This document shows, piece by piece, positions 16,786 to 25,496 of a DNA stretch of 28,058 nt (position 1 is the stretch's first letter; the number at the start of each line of letters is the position of its first letter). The position numbers were made by a program, and so were the translations under genes. Source of the DNA: Elusimicrobiota bacterium (GTDB taxonomy: Bacteria > Elusimicrobiota > Elusimicrobia > Elusimicrobiales > UBA9959); the NCBI GenBank assembly GCA_037137395.1, contig JBAXKK010000027.1:1-28058 (forward strand), written 5' to 3'. Under the pieces are notes generated by a model. The model was not told the origin of the DNA and ran no database searches. It saw only the letters and a list, made by a program, of their open reading frames with translations.

Positions 16786-18861
16786 TCAGGAAAGGTCTAT
16801 TAAATTCCATTTCTGCTGGTAGAGTTTCAGAAGGTTGTAGCGCAGGCCGGCGTTTTCTGGCTTCAGCAGATCGGGATCTTCAGCCAGCAGCGCGTCGCGG
16901 TCTTCAATAGCCTGTTTCAATATATCCGAATCACGCGCAAGGTCCGCCATGCGGAACTCCATGTCCCCATGCTGGCGCACGCCCAGAACCTCGCCGGCAC
17001 CCCTCATATAGCTGTCTTTTTCGCTGATCTCAAAACCTGAATTGGTGGAGCACATGGCCTCTATACGCTCTGACCCGGCCGCAGTGGACGAGTGAGCGAC
17101 CAGCAGGCATCGGGATTCCCACCGTCCGCGACCCACCCGCCCCCGCAACTGATGCAGACTGGCCAGGCCGAAGTTTTCGGCGTTATTTATTACCATTACA
17201 GTGGCGTTGGGCACATCTATTCCCACCTCAACTACGGGAGTTGCCACCAGAATATCTATTTTACCACCGGTAAATTCGCTCATAACCCGCTCTTTCTCGC
17301 AGCCCGTCATGGCGCCGTGCAGCATGGCCAGCCGGCGGTCCTTGAATACCTCTTTCAGGCGCTCAAACTCGGCCTTTACCGACTTCAGGGTCCGGATCTC
17401 CGATTCCTCTATAACGGGATAAACTATATAGGCCTGGCGGCGTTTTGAGGTTTCCAGCCGCACGACTTTAAGCGCGGCTTCCTCGTCCACACTTTCGGTT
17501 TTGACGGGTTTGCGGCCCGGCGGCATATCGGTAAGCACGGAAAGGTCCAGGTCGCCGTAAAGCGCCAGGAAAAGCGTGCGGGGAATAGGGGTGGCCGTGG
17601 TGATGAGCATATCGGCTTTGTCGCCTTTCCCGCGCAGCGCCGCGCGCTGCCTGACGCCGAAACGATGCTGCTCGTCCACAACGATAAGTTTCAGGTTCCT
17701 GAACCTGACATTTTCTTCAAGCACGGCGTGGGTGCCGATGATGATATCCAGCTCGCCTTTCTCCAAACGGTCCAAGATATCTTTTTTTTCTTTAGCCTTT
17801 ACGCGCGAGGTCAAAACCGCGAAGCGCACATCCAGTCCCTTCAGATGTTTTACAAAAGTGAGATAGTGCTGCTCCGCGAGTATCTCGGTAGGGGCCATAA
17901 AAGCGCCCTGGTAACCATTCTCCACAGCCAGCAGCAGCGCGCTTAAAGCGACCACGGTCTTGCCTGAGCCAACATCGCCTTCCAGCAGCCGCGCCATGGG
18001 GGCGGCGGATGACAGGTCGGCGAAGATATCGTTTATCGCCTTTGTCTGGGACTGAGTGAATTTAAAACCCAGATTCGCCCTGAAAGGCGTAAGGAGATGT
18101 CTTTTCACCTCATAAGTGAAACCTTTATTTATGCTCCTGGTCTGCCGCCGCTTGATAGCCCAGGCCAGGGTCATCAGGAAGAGCTCCTCATAGATGAATC
18201 TTTTTCGCGCTTCTTTAAGCTCAAAATAATTTTCAGGGAAGTGCAAAGCCCTTAACGCCAGGTCGCGCGCGATCAGCGCCCGTTTTGCCAGAAGCCGGCC
18301 CGGCATAAACTCGCCCTTGCCCGGGGCATGGTCCAAAACCACCTTAAACATCGCTTCACGCATGAATCTGGCGGTTATTCCCTCGGTCAGCGGGTAAACC
18401 GGAATGATACGATTAATATGCGCGCGCCGGGCAATCATATCGTCATCACGGTAATATTCATCGACGCGCAGGCGGGTCTTGAAAAGCGGATCTTCGGGAG
18501 TGGCCACCAGCCAGATCTTTTCCCCCGGCTTTACATCTTTGCGCAACGGGGCGAAAACATCGAAACGCGGGGTATGCCGCTTGAACCAGCTGGCCTCGGC
18601 TTCGTACCCGCCGGCGTCCATCACGGTCTTAAAAATACGCAGCGAACTCGAAGTGTACAGGTCCCGCACCGAAAGGATCCGGCCAAAGATGACGGAAACT
18701 TCATCCACATACTCAAGATGTTCCTTTTTCGCGTTCAGGCGGCGGTCTTCCCATTTTTTAGGGAAATAGAAAAGCATATCGTCCACGGTCTCAAGCCCGA
18801 GCTTTTTAAAAAGCCCGGCGCGCTGGGGACCTACGCCTTTTAAGTATTGTATGGAAATCAT
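16786..18861 (-). CDS. recG: ATP-dependent DNA helicase RecG
   Basis: LKGVGP N-terminus, GDVGSGKT, APTEILAEQH, DEQHRFGV, TATPIPRT, LHQLRGRVGRG. Confidence 0.97.
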   Translation of the reverse strand: MISIQYLKGVGPQRAGLFKKLGLETVDDMLFYFPKKWEDRRLNAKKEHLEYVDEVSVIFGRILSVRDLYTSSSLRIFKTVMDAGGYEAEASWFKRHTPRFDVFAPLRKDVKPGEKIWLVATPEDPLFKTRLRVDEYYRDDDMIARRAHINRIIPVYPLTEGITARFMREAMFKVVLDHAPGKGEFMPGRLLAKRALIARDLALRALHFPENYFELKEARKRFIYEELFLMTLAWAIKRRQTRSINKGFTYEVKRHLLTPFRANLGFKFTQSQTKAINDIFADLSSAAPMARLLEGDVGSGKTVVALSALLLAVENGYQGAFMAPTEILAEQHYLTFVKHLKGLDVRFAVLTSRVKAKEKKDILDRLEKGELDIIIGTHAVLEENVRFRNLKLIVVDEQHRFGVRQRAALRGKGDKADMLITTATPIPRTLFLALYGDLDLSVLTDMPPGRKPVKTESVDEEAALKVVRLETSKRRQAYIVYPVIEESEIRTLKSVKAEFERLKEVFKDRRLAMLHGAMTGCEKERVMSEFTGGKIDILVATPVVEVGIDVPNATVMVINNAENFGLASLHQLRGRVGRGRWESRCLLVAHSSTAAGSERIEAMCSTNSGFEISEKDSYMRGAGEVLGVRQHGDMEFRMADLARDSDILKQAIEDRDALLAEDPDLLKPENAGLRYNLLKLYQQKWNLIDLS

Positions 18862-18864
18862 AAT

Positions 18865-19045
18865 ACGACAGTGGAGAGTGACGAGTGGTTAGCGGCGAAC
18901 GAGCGGCCGCCTGCGACTCTCCTTTGCTCACAGTTATATTCTAGGAAATTTAAACACGCCGGTGGCGAGTGAAAGCGGCAGTTATTCCCCGCCACTACTT
19001 CCACTGATCACTAACCACTACTCACTTCCCACTGACCACTGTCGT
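18865..19045. repeat. Pair of inverted heptamer-repeat arrays (nnnAGTG / CACTnnn)
   Basis: gacagtg gagagtg acgagtg gttagcg on the left; cact-containing heptamers at 18991-19043 on the right; outer 10-bp inverted repeat acgacagtgg/ccactgtcgt. Confidence 0.75.
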
Positions 19046-19052
19046 TATATTC

Positions 19053-19106
19053 TTGAGCCCGATTTGAGCGCCTCTTGAACGATTCTTGAGCGCCAAATAC
19101 TATACT
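19053..19106 (+). promoter_or_regulatory. Four TTGARC direct repeats at 11-bp period followed by a TATACT -10 (OmpR/PhoB-type activated promoter)
   Basis: ttgagc 19053, ttgagc 19064, ttgaac 19075, ttgagc 19086; TATACT at 19101-19106, 9 nt after the last repeat. Confidence 0.65.
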
Positions 19107-19148
19107 TTAAATGTAGCGAAATATCGTTCTCTGAAAATTTAAAGATAT

Positions 19149-19240
19149 CCAGCGCTGTACGATGCGCCCCCCTAACCCAACCCCCAAAGCAGAAAGTCTC
19201 AACGACTGTATGCTTAGCATCTGCAGCGCTGGCCTTTTTT
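19149..19240 (+). ncRNA. Putative structured small RNA domain 1 with a C-rich internal loop
   Basis: Stems ccagcgctgta/tgcagcgctgg, gatgc/gcatc, aagca/tgctt and agtc/gact; C-rich loop 19167-19185; T6 tail. Confidence 0.45.
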
Positions 19241-19242
19241 AA

Positions 19243-19321
19243 GCCCCGCCGGAACCTCATAGTCAGTCATCACATCAGACACCATGTAAGACTAACGAAA
19301 ATCCGGCGGGGCGCTTTTTTT
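19243..19321 (+). ncRNA. Putative structured small RNA domain 2 or large-loop terminator
   Basis: Perfect 11-bp stem gccccgccgga/tccggcggggc, inner tagtc/gacta and acat/atgt, T7 tail. Confidence 0.4.
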
Positions 19322-19435
19322 GTCAGAATATAGGCCCCAACCCCGGGGATATAGTATAATAGCTTTACATAAATGAGTTTTTAATAAGGCCCCGCTGATT
19401 TTCGCACGCGGCGGCCGTTTTTACTTATTAAACCC

Positions 19436-20128
19436 ATGCAGAAAAAAGCGCTGATAGTAGACGACGATAAAGATATTCTGGACGTCCTGGCAAAATACCT
19501 GGGCAATCATGGTTTTTTGGTCTCAACCGCCTATAACGGCGAGGAAGGACTGGCCGTGCTCGCGGACACCACTCCGGACATAATCATAACCGACGCTGAA
19601 ATGCCGGGGATGGACGGCTTTACCTTTTGCCGAAAAATAAAAGAAAACCGCGCTTTTGCCGCCACGCCTGTTATAATAATGTCCGGCAAAAAGATTAACG
19701 AGCGAGACATAGTCTCCGGCTACGACACCGGCGCGGATGACTACATAATTAAACCATTCTCATATCCGATATTACTGTCCAAGATCCAAGCCGTTATTCG
19801 GCGCGCCAAACCGCGCCCCGCGGCCGGCCCCGTTATTATAAAAAAAGCCGGCTTTGAACTGAATTTGGGCGGGCGTGTCCTTAAGGTATCAGGAAAACCG
19901 GTAAAAGTCACTTCCAAAGAACTGGACCTTTTCGCAATTCTGGTCTCAAAACCAGGCCGGTTGTTCAGCGTCAACCAACTGCTTGAGACTGTCTGGGGCT
20001 ATGACCCGGCCAAATACAACGACCCACACACCGTGGAAGTACACATCTCCAACCTGCGTAAAAAACTAGGCGTTAAGCTTTCTGCCCGTCTGAAGGCCAT
20101 TCCGGGCCACGGCTATAAATTCGAGTAA
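19436..20128 (+). CDS. OmpR/PhoB-family response regulator
   Basis: LIVDDD, IITDAEMPGMDG, GADDYIIKPF receiver; winged helix with VWGY...HTVEVHISNLRKKL...GHGYKF. Confidence 0.96.
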   Translation: MQKKALIVDDDKDILDVLAKYLGNHGFLVSTAYNGEEGLAVLADTTPDIIITDAEMPGMDGFTFCRKIKENRAFAATPVIIMSGKKINERDIVSGYDTGADDYIIKPFSYPILLSKIQAVIRRAKPRPAAGPVIIKKAGFELNLGGRVLKVSGKPVKVTSKELDLFAILVSKPGRLFSVNQLLETVWGYDPAKYNDPHTVEVHISNLRKKLGVKLSARLKAIPGHGYKFE

Positions 20129-20187
20129 AGCGCGCTTTATTTCCACCGCGGATTTTATATAATAAATTTGGGTCAGGTTAGGCCAAG

Positions 20188-22155
20188 ATGAAAAATAAAA
20201 TCCAAAAGAACGGACCGCTTCGGTCCGGCAACGGTTTTTCGCGCGCGCAAGCAGCTGCGCGTTGGAAAGAACTGGATAGAACCGTAGACTCTATAGAGAA
20301 AGCTTACCTGGCATCACCGCATTTCTCCATTAATCAGCTCTCCGAAAAAGTGCTGAGAGCCGCGAAGGCCTTCACCGGCAGCCCTCACGGCTTCGCGGCC
20401 TACATAGACCCGGCGACCGGCTGGCTGACAGCTCCCACAATGACCAGGGAAGTCTGGAAAGGCCATCCGGCCGCGGGAAAGCCCCTTATATTTAAAAAAC
20501 TATCCGGACTCTGGGGATGGGCACTTAAAAACAAAAAAACCATTCTTACCAACGCCGCCGCCACGGACCCGCGCTCCGGCAAAATCCCCCGCGGACATGT
20601 GAAAATCAATAAATTCCTGGCCGCCCCGGCGATCTTCAACAGAAGGCTGGCCGGCATTATAACGCTGGCCAATCCAGCGCGAGACTACGGGCCGCTGGAT
20701 CTTGCCGCGCTAAAAAGACTGGCCAGGGTTTACGCAATAATCATACAGCGCAAGCTGGCCGAAGACCGGCTGAAGGAAAGCGAAGAAAAGTACCGGCGGC
20801 TTGCTGAAAATCTGGGAAAAGAGTATTTCTTTTACCAGCATGATACCAAGGGAGTGCTGACCTTTGTAAGCCCGACGATAACCGAAATGCTCGGCTATCC
20901 CCGGCAGCAGTTCCTCACGCGCTACAGCAAACACCTGACAAAAAATCCGGCAAACAAAGAGGCCATTAAGCGAACGGAGTTGAACATACGGGGAGTACAG
21001 CAGCCGCTCTATGAAGTTGAGGTTTATCACAAAGACGGCTCCACCCGCTGGCTGGAAGTGACAGGGACTCCCCTGCGCGATCCGGCCGGAAAAGTAACAG
21101 GGGTCGAGGGACTCGCCCACGATATAACCGGGCATAAACAGCTTGAGCAGGGAATGAGGGAATCCAGAGCGCTTATCGCGGCAGTAGTGGAAAATGTCCC
21201 GTTAATGATCTTTCTCAAAGAAGCGAAGCATCTGCGGTTCGCCATATTCAACCGGGCGGGAGAAGAACTGCTGGGTTACGACCGTAAAGATCTGCTCGGC
21301 AAGAACGATCTGGATTTATTCCCGCCCGAGCAGGCCGCTTTCTTTATAGCCAAAGACCGCGAAGCGCTTAAGGCGGAAACGGGCGTTTTGGACATCCCGG
21401 AAGAGCCTATAATGACCGCCAAGAAGGGGCAAAGGCTTCTTCACACCCGGAAGGTTTGCATCCGGGGAGCTGACGGCACCACCAAATATCTGCTGGGGAT
21501 CTCCGAGGATATAACCGAACGCAGACACACGGAAAAACTCTTAATTGAAAGCGAGGAAACTCTTCGCAAGATCTTTGACACCGCCAAAGACGCCATATTC
21601 ATTAAAGACCTCAACGGCGTATATGTTAAAGCCAACAAGTACTGCGCCGGGCTTTTCGGCCTGACGCCAGAGCAAATCGAAGGCAAGAGTGATTTTGACC
21701 TGATGCCACGGGAATTAGCCCGGCAACTTTACGATTCTGACAGGGCGCTTTTAAAAACCGGCGGCAGCGTGACAGCTGATAACGATATATCCACGGTAAG
21801 CGGCGGGGTCCGCGTTTTCAACTCCGTAAAAACGGCGCTTTATGACGCGGACGGCCGCGTAACCGGGCTGCTTGGCGTGTCACGGGATATGACGGAACTT
21901 AAAAAACTGCAGACCCAGCTGATAGAGATTAAAGCCATGGAAGCCGCCGGCAGAATAACGCGGCCCGCGGCCCACGATTTCAACAACATCCTTAGCGCCA
22001 TCAACGGCTACGCGACGCTTATTATTGAGAATTTAAAAGCCGGGAACCCCGTGAAGTCAGAGATGGAACAGATATTGAACGCCGTTAAGCGGGCGACGGC
22101 GATAACAAACCGCCTTCAGACTTATGGTTCTGAAACCGGAAAACCGAAGGAATAA
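20188..22155 (+). CDS. Cytoplasmic GAF-PAS-PAS-PAS sensor with HisKA domain but no HATPase domain
   Basis: GAF (IPRGHVKINKFLAAPAI), three PAS/PAC units ending in DIT/DMT, H-box AHDFNNIL; ends at RLQTYG with no N/G boxes; no TM segment. Confidence 0.88.
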   Translation: MKNKIQKNGPLRSGNGFSRAQAAARWKELDRTVDSIEKAYLASPHFSINQLSEKVLRAAKAFTGSPHGFAAYIDPATGWLTAPTMTREVWKGHPAAGKPLIFKKLSGLWGWALKNKKTILTNAAATDPRSGKIPRGHVKINKFLAAPAIFNRRLAGIITLANPARDYGPLDLAALKRLARVYAIIIQRKLAEDRLKESEEKYRRLAENLGKEYFFYQHDTKGVLTFVSPTITEMLGYPRQQFLTRYSKHLTKNPANKEAIKRTELNIRGVQQPLYEVEVYHKDGSTRWLEVTGTPLRDPAGKVTGVEGLAHDITGHKQLEQGMRESRALIAAVVENVPLMIFLKEAKHLRFAIFNRAGEELLGYDRKDLLGKNDLDLFPPEQAAFFIAKDREALKAETGVLDIPEEPIMTAKKGQRLLHTRKVCIRGADGTTKYLLGISEDITERRHTEKLLIESEETLRKIFDTAKDAIFIKDLNGVYVKANKYCAGLFGLTPEQIEGKSDFDLMPRELARQLYDSDRALLKTGGSVTADNDISTVSGGVRVFNSVKTALYDADGRVTGLLGVSRDMTELKKLQTQLIEIKAMEAAGRITRPAAHDFNNILSAINGYATLIIENLKAGNPVKSEMEQILNAVKRATAITNRLQTYGSETGKPKE

Positions 22156-22159
22156 TGAT

Positions 22160-23050
22160 TTATAGGTTTTTTCCGTAGGTGCCGGAAACGGTCCGTTTTA
22201 TCGCTGCGACCGTCTTACCCGGAAGCTTCAGACTCTCAAGAAAAGGCGCGCCCGCGCGGCCCATGGCGGCCGCTATGGCCGCCAGCCGCGGCATAGCCCC
22301 GGCCAGTCCGGCGGCCCCGGAGGGCCAGATGAATTCTTTGCTGAAGAACCTGTAGGCATCAAGATTGCGCAGTATGGTGAAAGCTTCAGTCGGATCCTTT
22401 TCTTCAAGCATCTTAAAAAGTTCATTGCGCAGGCGCTCCCGCGACAGCAGGGCGGGCATGGCCTCCTTCACGCATTTATCGGCCAGCTCCTCGGTCTCTT
22501 CTTCTAACTGCCAGTCGAAACGCCCGGCGAAACGCGCCGCCCGGAACAAGCGCGTGGGATCGTCCGTAAAACTGTCAGTGTGAAGAACCCGTATGCGCCT
22601 GGCTTTTATGTCGGCAAGGCCGCCGAACGGATCCGCCACCGACCCGAAACTGTCCGGCAATATAGCTACAGCCATGGCGTTAACGCTGAAGTCCCGACGC
22701 TTGAGGTCTTCCTGGACCGAACCCGCGGCGGAAACATCGGGGAGGGCTGCCGGCGCGGCATAAGTCTCTCTTCTGAATTGCGCCAGGTCCACCCTCCGCC
22801 CATTCTCCAGAAAAACCCTGATCGTAAGAAATTTGCCGAATCTGGTGAACGAGCCGCCGTGCTGTTTAACCAGCCCCTCGGCGACAGGGCTGGCGTCTCC
22901 GCTGAGCAAAAAATCTATATCGGCCCCGGCGCGGCCCATTGACCAGTCACGCACGCAGCCCCCGACGGCGTAACTCTCCAGACCGAGCGCGGAGGCAAGC
23001 GCTCCCATCTCTTTTATAAGGGGCAGATCGTTTAAAGGGGTTATATTCAT
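22160..23050 (-). CDS. Class II tRNA nucleotidyltransferase (CCA family, possibly A-adding type)
   Basis: YAVGGCVRD...DIDF, EDLKRRDFSVNAMA, SFTDDPTRLFRAARF; start at ATG 23050 or GTG 23068. Confidence 0.88.
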   Translation of the reverse strand: MNITPLNDLPLIKEMGALASALGLESYAVGGCVRDWSMGRAGADIDFLLSGDASPVAEGLVKQHGGSFTRFGKFLTIRVFLENGRRVDLAQFRRETYAAPAALPDVSAAGSVQEDLKRRDFSVNAMAVAILPDSFGSVADPFGGLADIKARRIRVLHTDSFTDDPTRLFRAARFAGRFDWQLEEETEELADKCVKEAMPALLSRERLRNELFKMLEEKDPTEAFTILRNLDAYRFFSKEFIWPSGAAGLAGAMPRLAAIAAAMGRAGAPFLESLKLPGKTVAAIKRTVSGTYGKNL

Positions 23051-23075
23051 AATATAATAAGCGGCCACAACCTCG

Positions 23076-23732
23076 CTACGCGCTAGGCGTTTTCTTCACA
23101 AACGGCAGATCTGAGGTATTGGACTCTTCCAGAGTCTTTAGCAGATTTTTCACCCGGGCTATGGCGTCGTTATCCGCCACTATAGCCCGCGTAGCTTCCA
23201 GGGCCGAATCCCTGGCCGGAGCGGTTCCGGAGTAAGGCAGGGAAAAAGGCAGATCCTGCAGCCTGGCGAACGCGGGCTGGATCTTCGCGTGCTTAAAGCC
23301 CCTCTCCCCGGCCATAAAGATCATGACATCAGTCTCTTCTTCTATGTCGCGGTCGCGAAGGAGCAGATCAGAGAGCGGCGCCGCGCCGAAATAATATTGC
23401 GGCTCAAAAACAAACACCCCCTCCTCCACGAACGACTCCCTAAGAACCTCGTAATCCTGACGCATCTTTTCCATCCACTTTTCTTCTTCCTTCCGGTAAC
23501 TTTCGGGCATCACGAAGACAAGCAGATCTCTTTCGGGGTCTATATAAATAAATGTCTCCTCGCAGGAGAAAACATTTGAGCAGGCGGGGCACATGATCAG
23601 GTCGAACTCGCCGCTCATGATAGCCTCTTTCAGATTCTGGTCATGATCGCCGCGTATAACGGTCCAGAAATCGGCGTCAAAACGCTCCTTGCAGGACGGA
23701 CATTCAGCTTTAAAAACGCCTTTTATGGACAT
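23076..23732 (-). CDS. CpXC-domain zinc-ribbon protein
   Basis: CPSC...WTVI...LKEAIMSGEFDLIMCPAC...FIYIDPERDLLVFVMP. Confidence 0.85.
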   Translation of the reverse strand: MSIKGVFKAECPSCKERFDADFWTVIRGDHDQNLKEAIMSGEFDLIMCPACSNVFSCEETFIYIDPERDLLVFVMPESYRKEEEKWMEKMRQDYEVLRESFVEEGVFVFEPQYYFGAAPLSDLLLRDRDIEEETDVMIFMAGERGFKHAKIQPAFARLQDLPFSLPYSGTAPARDSALEATRAIVADNDAIARVKNLLKTLEESNTSDLPFVKKTPSA

Positions 23733-23747
23733 AGGTTTAAGATACGT

Positions 23748-23888
23748 CTATTGCTATAGGCTATAAGGGCGCCGCGCCCGCCATAAGCCATATGCTTTTA
23801 AGGAGTTCCTTAAAAACTGGAACACAATTTTTTCGCGTATGGCTTAAAGCATACGGCCTATGGCGCGGCTGGAACAGCCGCATATGGC
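23748..23888. repeat. Inverted pair of gccataa-type heptamer arrays with internal hairpins
   Basis: ctatagg ctataag ... gccataa gccatat on the left; gtatggc ttaaagc atacggc ctatggc on the right. Confidence 0.7.
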
Positions 23889-23893
23889 AATCT

Positions 23894-25345
23894 TTAAATT
23901 ATCCCCACCTGCTTATTAAACTGCTCTATAAGCTTATCCCATTCGGTTACCTGGGCGAAAGTCTCGTCCCAGAACGCGGGATCCCAGAGTTTTCTGAGAT
24001 CTTCAGAGGTGCGCCCCTGCTGTTCCACCCAGGTGAAATATTTAAGGTTGTGGACGGCTTTGCGGTCGTAGTAATTAAGCTCGCGCGTATAATCTATGGT
24101 AGCCCCTTTTAGGCGGCGCTCCATGTCCACCAAAGCGTTCTCCCTGGTATAAGGGCCATGCTCTTTATTAAGTTCCTCAAGCCTGGAACCGTAAAGGTCC
24201 ATGGAATCGGTGAAGACCGTAAAGATCACGTCGTTAGAATCCATCTCATAATATTTGGCGGTCTTTATGGCGCTGAGCATATTGGAAACTCCGGAAATAC
24301 CCAGAAGCCCGAGCTGGTCAAGAACCTCTTTTTTCACGCCCTGCTCGGCCAGAACCTTTTTGCCGGCCGGGTCATTGAAGAGGCGGATCAGGCGCATGCA
24401 GGCCTCATCGTCTATAGCTGTGACGATATCGGTGTTCCTGACATTGTGCACCCAGGGGATATGCTTGTCGCCTATGCCCTCAATGCGGTGCTCGCCGAAG
24501 CCGTTCATCAGTATGGTGGGGCATTGCAGGGCCTCGGAGGCAGTTATCTTCATGCCGGGGAATTTCTTTTTGAGGTAGTCGCCGGCGGCGATGGTTCCGG
24601 CCGAACCGGTGGCGGAAGTGAAGGCCGCGAGCCTGGATCCGGGTTTTTTTATGGAGTTAAACACCTCTTCTATCGCGGAAGCGGTCACATGGTAATGCCA
24701 CACTGGGTTGCCGAATTCCTCAAACTGGTTGAATACCACGCAATCTTTGCGGGTCTTTTTTATTTCCCAGCACTTGTCATATATTTCTTTGACGTTTGAT
24801 TCGGTGCCGGGGGTGGCGATAACTTCGGCGCCGATGGATTTAAGCCAGGTAAAGCGTTCTTTTGACATGCCCTCCGGAAGGATAGCCACGGCCGCCGTGC
24901 CAAGCAGTGCGGAATCGAAAGCGCCGCCGCGGCAATAGTTGCCTGTGGAGGGCCACACGGCTTTCTGCCTGGCAGGATCGAATTCTCCGGTCACAAGGCG
25001 GGGCGCCAGGCAGCCGAAGGCGGCGCCGACCTTGTGCGCGCCGGTGGGGAAGTATTTGCCCACGATACCGATAACACGCGCCTTAATGCCGGTTATAGCC
25101 TCGGGCAGCTCCAGATAATTCACGCCGCCGTAGAGGCCGGTCTTACTGTCATTATGCCAGTTGATCCTGAAAAGATTGAGGGGATTGATGTCTTTTAGCG
25201 CGACTGTCTTTAAATCTTTTTTCACTTTATCCGGGATCCGGGCCGGATCCTTCATCTGGGCGAAAGTGGGTATCACTATTTTTCTTTTCCGGCAAAGTTC
25301 CGCGGTTCTTTTAAGGACTTCCTGGTTTATCTTAAGTTTTATCAT
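23894..25345 (-). CDS. PLP-dependent enzyme, fold type II (cysteine synthase/TrpB superfamily)
   Basis: FPTGAHKVG (PLP lysine), STGNY, TGSAGT, IEGIGDK; start MIKLK at 25345 with GGAGGG RBS. Confidence 0.88.
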   Translation of the reverse strand: MIKLKINQEVLKRTAELCRKRKIVIPTFAQMKDPARIPDKVKKDLKTVALKDINPLNLFRINWHNDSKTGLYGGVNYLELPEAITGIKARVIGIVGKYFPTGAHKVGAAFGCLAPRLVTGEFDPARQKAVWPSTGNYCRGGAFDSALLGTAAVAILPEGMSKERFTWLKSIGAEVIATPGTESNVKEIYDKCWEIKKTRKDCVVFNQFEEFGNPVWHYHVTASAIEEVFNSIKKPGSRLAAFTSATGSAGTIAAGDYLKKKFPGMKITASEALQCPTILMNGFGEHRIEGIGDKHIPWVHNVRNTDIVTAIDDEACMRLIRLFNDPAGKKVLAEQGVKKEVLDQLGLLGISGVSNMLSAIKTAKYYEMDSNDVIFTVFTDSMDLYGSRLEELNKEHGPYTRENALVDMERRLKGATIDYTRELNYYDRKAVHNLKYFTWVEQQGRTSEDLRKLWDPAFWDETFAQVTEWDKLIEQFNKQVGII

Positions 25346-25436
25346 AAAGAAACCCTCCGGGATTTTCAAGCAAATCTACATACCTATTATACAAATAAAG
25401 AAAGCGGCGGAAGGCTGCCCGCCGCGTTTGCGGGGC

Positions 25437-25477
25437 AAAAAAATACCCCCTTTTTAATAAAAAAGAGGGGTATTTTT
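25437..25477 (-). terminator. Intrinsic terminator, bidirectional-looking
   Basis: aaaaataccccctttt...aaaagaggggtattttt, downstream of the 313-aa gene. Confidence 0.7.
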
Positions 25478-25496
25478 GCAAGACACGGTCTTCCGT

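Noticed and set aside
19045..19260. 71-aa minus-strand ORF and a 26-codon plus-strand ORF (19162-19242)
   Set aside because: No RBS or motif; the region is better explained by phased repeats and RNA stems, though a small peptide is not excluded.
19149..19321. Y RNA or hammerhead ribozyme
   Set aside because: A bulged C is present but the Ro-binding sequence, tRNA-like domain and a neighbouring Ro60 gene are not; no complete CUGANGA/GAAA core.
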